Positions 60,148-64,000 of a stretch of 64,000 nucleotides of DNA are shown in pieces (the first letter of the stretch is position 1; every line of letters starts with the position of its first letter). The DNA comes from Sulfurovum sp. (lineage in GTDB: Bacteria; Campylobacterota; Campylobacteria; Campylobacterales; Sulfurovaceae), in NCBI GenBank assembly GCA_020721775.1, contig DYLZ01000001.1, positions 4,290 through 68,289 of the forward strand, read 5' to 3'. The translations under genes and the position numbers were made by a program. The notes beneath the pieces were generated by a model. That model saw nothing but the letters and a program-made list of their open reading frames with translations. It was not told where the DNA came from and did not search any database.

Positions 60148-62961
60148 ATGGGAAAAAAGAAGAAAAGCTCACACATAAAACTAAACAATAAAATTCGAGC
60201 ATTTTTTAGAGGTTTGCCTTTTGACGAAGGCGTTACATCGCTAAATACAGATCAGCTAAAAGGTCTGATGCTTTTATTTGAGATCAACCCTCATCATATG
60301 GACAAAGAGGAGATGATAAGAAATCTAAGGAGAATTTGGAGCAATGCAGAGTTCAAGTCAAGATCATCGATAGTATCTTTCTTGACTGACAAAAAAGACG
60401 CAAGTTTGGACATGGGAAAATCAAATATATCTCAAAAAACTGCAAATATACTCGATATTCTCTCCACAATAGAACACACCAAAGAAGAAGAATGCAGCGT
60501 TTTAGAATCATTTTTAGACACTTCAAATCACAAGATAACGCCTGAGAAGATACGAAATAAAATCTTTTATATCAGACAAAAGAAATATCTGCAAAAAATA
60601 GAAGATACTTTAAATGTCCATTTTGACAATATAGGAAAAATGGAGTTTCATCATAGTTTTCATTTTAAAATAAAAGAAAATGAATTTAGCAAGATATTGA
60701 CATGTGTCTCAAAACCTATTGATTTTGAGCTAACAGAAGAAAATCTAAGCTCTACCATAGACGATTTGAAAGTTCAAAAAGAAAATATAATAAAAACGAA
60801 ACAAGATGAGATCGATGCTTTCTTACATCTCATAATGCATAAAAAAAATCCTTATTTGGAAACTGAAGATATCGTAGAATCTATAAAAAATATGCCTCCG
60901 GACGGTTCCATAGAGCACTCCCCTATTTCTATAGATAAAATTGAAGAGATTTTGCATGAAATAAACAAAAAGTATTATCTTACCCAGAGCAGCGATGATT
61001 TTATCATCGAAAAAGAGGCGCACTATACATATTGCGGAAGTGATCTTAAATACAACATATCCGTTACATACTCGAAAAAATTAATATACAGTATGATCTT
61101 AAAGGGAGAAGAACTCTATATTCAAGAAGAGTTTGATTCATTAAAAGAGAGACTCATTGAAGATTTTAATATTCAAATAAAAGATCTCAAAGATGAGATG
61201 CGCTCATATGCTATGGGACTTAAAATTCAAGATGAGTTTATATCTGACTTTGTAATGGATTTTGTTGTTGCGCAGGTTGAAAATTCAAGAAACTTAAAAA
61301 TAAAAGAAAAGACCAGAAGAAAAGTAATATATCATTGGCTTGAATATATAAAACCTTATCTTGAAAAATATAAACAAGAACAACTTTTGGCAAAAAGCAT
61401 AAGGGATTTCAAGCTTCTTTTTCCTCTTGCTAGGTCGCTAAAGCGAAAGATCATTTTTCATGTCGGTCCGACAAACAGCGGAAAAACACATAGTGCACTA
61501 AATATTTTGGCAAATGCAACCACCGGAACATATCTTGCTCCTCTCAGGCTGCTTGCTTTAGAAGGTTATGAAAATCTAAATAAACTCGGCGTTACTGCAT
61601 CCCTTATAACAGGTGAAGAGGAGATCATAAAAGAAGACTCTACGCATGTAAGTTCAACGATAGAGATGATGAACTCTCAAGTTGCAATAGATGTATGCGT
61701 AATAGACGAAATTCAAATGATAAATGATAGAGATAGAGGCTGGGCATGGGCAAATGCGCTTATTGGTATGCCGGCGCGTACAATTATACTTACCGGTTCA
61801 TCTGATGCTATCAAAGCTATAGAAAAACTCTCAAATTATCTTGAGGAAGAGCTTGAGATCGTCCATTTTGAGAGAAAAAATGAACTTGAGATCTTGCCTC
61901 ACCCTACCTCTATAAATAAAATAGAAAAGCAAAGCGCCATAGTAGCATTTTCAAGAAAAGATGTATTGGCGCTAAAACAACAGCTCTCATCAAAATATAC
62001 GGTATCGGTAATTTACGGCAATCTATCTCCGGAAGTAAGACGCGAAGAGGCAAGAAGATTTAGAGAGGGAGAAAGCGAAATTCTTGTAGCGACAGACGCT
62101 ATAGCGATGGGTCTAAATCTTCCTATAAAAACCATTCTTTTTGCAAAAGACAATAAATTTGACGGCGTACACAGAAGAGAACTTGAAACATCTGAAATAC
62201 TTCAAATATCAGGGAGAGCCGGAAGATACGGTTTTGAGGAGAAAGGATATGTTGGCGCGCTGGACAGCGGTACGCTTGAGACTATAAAAAAATCTTTTTA
62301 CGCACCCCTAAAAGATATAGAACTCCCTGTTAGCGTAATGGCAAGCTTTGAACATGTTATGCTAATAGGAGATATACTTCAAACGGATAACTTGGTTGAT
62401 ATTTTAGACTTTTTTGCAGACAATATGGAATTTGAAGGTCCATTTACGGCGGCAAACATAGACAGCATGATCGATATTGCAACTATAGTTGATGAATATA
62501 AACTTGATCTGAAAACAAAATACTATTTTGCCTGCGCGCCTGCAAGCCTATCTTCTCCTTATATTGAATCTGTCCTGCATAGATATATAAGATTGATAGA
62601 ATCCGGTAAAAAAGTCAATTACAATCCGCCTAAAGACTTGCCAAAGTTTGCCCAAACGAATGACATGCTGTTAAATGCAGAGGATAGAGTGAGAGAAATT
62701 TCGCTATATCTTTGGTTATCTTTTAGATTTCCTCAATTTTTCGAAGATACTGATATGGCTATCAAAAGCAGGGTCAGACTAAATAACTTTATAGAAAACT
62801 CTCTTAAACATGGATATTTTGTTAAAGAGTGCCACAGATGCGGCAAGATATTGGACTTTTCATATAGATACTCTATATGCGAAGAGTGCCATACTAAAGG
62901 CAAAAGAGGCACAAGGTTTGCAACACACAAAAACAGAGAAAAAGCAAAATTGATCAAATAA
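60148..62961 (+). CDS. Suv3-like superfamily 2 helicase with an unassigned 430-aa N-terminal region and a C-terminal CxxC...CxxC zinc ribbon
   Basis: GPTNSGKTH (motif I), DEIQM (II), LTGS (III), QISGRAGR (VI), and then CHRCGK...CEECH near the C-terminus. Confidence 0.7.
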   Translation: MGKKKKSSHIKLNNKIRAFFRGLPFDEGVTSLNTDQLKGLMLLFEINPHHMDKEEMIRNLRRIWSNAEFKSRSSIVSFLTDKKDASLDMGKSNISQKTANILDILSTIEHTKEEECSVLESFLDTSNHKITPEKIRNKIFYIRQKKYLQKIEDTLNVHFDNIGKMEFHHSFHFKIKENEFSKILTCVSKPIDFELTEENLSSTIDDLKVQKENIIKTKQDEIDAFLHLIMHKKNPYLETEDIVESIKNMPPDGSIEHSPISIDKIEEILHEINKKYYLTQSSDDFIIEKEAHYTYCGSDLKYNISVTYSKKLIYSMILKGEELYIQEEFDSLKERLIEDFNIQIKDLKDEMRSYAMGLKIQDEFISDFVMDFVVAQVENSRNLKIKEKTRRKVIYHWLEYIKPYLEKYKQEQLLAKSIRDFKLLFPLARSLKRKIIFHVGPTNSGKTHSALNILANATTGTYLAPLRLLALEGYENLNKLGVTASLITGEEEIIKEDSTHVSSTIEMMNSQVAIDVCVIDEIQMINDRDRGWAWANALIGMPARTIILTGSSDAIKAIEKLSNYLEEELEIVHFERKNELEILPHPTSINKIEKQSAIVAFSRKDVLALKQQLSSKYTVSVIYGNLSPEVRREEARRFREGESEILVATDAIAMGLNLPIKTILFAKDNKFDGVHRRELETSEILQISGRAGRYGFEEKGYVGALDSGTLETIKKSFYAPLKDIELPVSVMASFEHVMLIGDILQTDNLVDILDFFADNMEFEGPFTAANIDSMIDIATIVDEYKLDLKTKYYFACAPASLSSPYIESVLHRYIRLIESGKKVNYNPPKDLPKFAQTNDMLLNAEDRVREISLYLWLSFRFPQFFEDTDMAIKSRVRLNNFIENSLKHGYFVKECHRCGKILDFSYRYSICEECHTKGKRGTRFATHKNREKAKLIK

Positions 62962-62970
62962 AGAGTTTTA

Positions 62971-64000
62971 ATGATAGAAAACAGCTTCTATTATATTGCT
63001 ATTCTTATATTAATAATCGGGCTTGCGGCTTGGATAGAAAAAAAATACCCATATAAAATTTTTGAAATACTTCCAAGCATAGTCATAATCTATGCTCTTG
63101 TGATGATTTTATCATCTTTGGGATTATGGAGTAAAAACGAAGGCATAGAAAATACATATAACGCTTTCAAGGATGCCCTACTCCCATCTATGATATTTTT
63201 GATGCTTTTAGATGCAGATATAAGACTTATAGGTAAACTGGGTAAAAAAATGATATTTACATTTTTGCTGGCTTCTATTTCAATTATGTTTGGTTTTATA
63301 ATATCTTTTAGTCTGTTTCACAACTTTCTCTCAAGCGATGCATGGATGGGATTTGCCGCTCTTTGCGGTTCATGGTTAGGCGGAACAGGCAATATGATGG
63401 CAGTTGCAGGAGCATTAAATGCGCCAAATGAAACGATGGGCAATATACTTGTAACCGATTCTATCAACTACACACTATGGGTAATGCTGCTTTTAACTCT
63501 TGTTCCCTTTGCAGCAAAATTTAACAAATGGAGCAATTCCGATACATCTATTATTGATGAGGTTTCAAAAAAAATAGGATCAACAAGCTCTAAATCAGAT
63601 ATTTCATCAGCTTCAATGCTGTTGCTTCTCGGTGTCTCTTTTGTTGTAAATATAGGAAGTGATATACTGGCTTCACTTTTGCCTACAACAAAATTCTTAA
63701 GTCATTACACATGGCTTGTGTTAATCTCAACTGCTTTTGGCATACTAGCTGCGATGACGCCGATATCCAAGATCGGCGGATCAAATATTATATCTTCGAT
63801 GATGCTTTATCTCTTGGTTGCGCTTATCGCCTCAAGGGCTGATTTTAGTCAAATGTCGCAAGCGCCGACATTTATCATTGCCGGAGCTACTGTTTTACTT
63901 ATTCATCTTGCTTTGATGATATTTTTTGCAAAAATTTTTAAACTTGATCTTTTTTCTATAGGCGTAGCATCACTGGCAAATATTGGCGGCGTTGCCTCCG
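62971..64000 (+). CDS. DUF819-like polytopic membrane protein, 3' end beyond the window
   Basis: Hand translation from the ATG at 62971 stays open to the window end. It is strongly hydrophobic with LCGSWLGGTGNMMAV and SLANIGGVAS motifs. It is absent from the ORF track because it has no stop. Confidence 0.6.
   Translation, partial: MIENSFYYIAILILIIGLAAWIEKKYPYKIFEILPSIVIIYALVMILSSLGLWSKNEGIENTYNAFKDALLPSMIFLMLLDADIRLIGKLGKKMIFTFLLASISIMFGFIISFSLFHNFLSSDAWMGFAALCGSWLGGTGNMMAVAGALNAPNETMGNILVTDSINYTLWVMLLLTLVPFAAKFNKWSNSDTSIIDEVSKKIGSTSSKSDISSASMLLLLGVSFVVNIGSDILASLLPTTKFLSHYTWLVLISTAFGILAAMTPISKIGGSNIISSMMLYLLVALIASRADFSQMSQAPTFIIAGATVLLIHLALMIFFAKIFKLDLFSIGVASLANIGGVAS

Overview
AT-rich chromosomal segment. 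Gene content and local gene order look like a Campylobacter-type member of the Campylobacterota; that call rests on my memory of C. jejuni synteny, not on a search. About 85% of the window is ordinary core genome. This includes a TCA-cycle block (icd partial, mdh, fumC, sucCD, oorDABC), RNase P RNA, argD, thiS, acpS, radA, tRNA-fMet and tRNA-Gln, ribB(A), acs, fabI and metG. It also includes fbp-mobB, the crcB-plsC-purQ-purS-purC-ctpA operon, clpB, tgt, aroB, an MscS channel, mtaB, a protease-dead FtsH paralog and mog. I found no rRNA, CRISPR array, integrase, transposase or prophage. Four things fall outside ordinary annotation. (1) A 115-nt hairpin-forming element occurs twice in inverted orientation (6450-6564 and 35361-35475). 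The copies are almost identical except for an apical hairpin rebuilt with compensatory changes, and strand-specific G-U pairing suggests an RNA. (2) A decayed restriction-modification patch (17.5-20.1 kb) holds an HsdR N-terminal stub, an internally deleted type III mod, a res C-terminal stub and an HsdS-like tail. An intact MNT/HEPN toxin-antitoxin pair sits where res should be, and a second MNT/HEPN pair lies at 35.6-36.3 kb next to repeat copy 2. (3) A divergent locus at 58.4-63.0 kb has a TetR regulator plus SAM methyltransferase facing a 937-aa Suv3-like helicase with an unassignable 430-aa N-terminal region. They are separated by a 487-nt very AT-rich spacer carrying four 14-bp palindromic boxes at exactly 43-bp spacing. 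(4) A small three-gene cassette of unknown function (58 aa, DUF2325-like, 92 aa) sits behind three Fur-box-like sites. Several genes are broken at short homopolymers: a ppnP-like gene, an HMA stub, and a DbpA-like helicase with four breaks. All calls come from reading the sequence and ORF translations; no database search or folding program was run.
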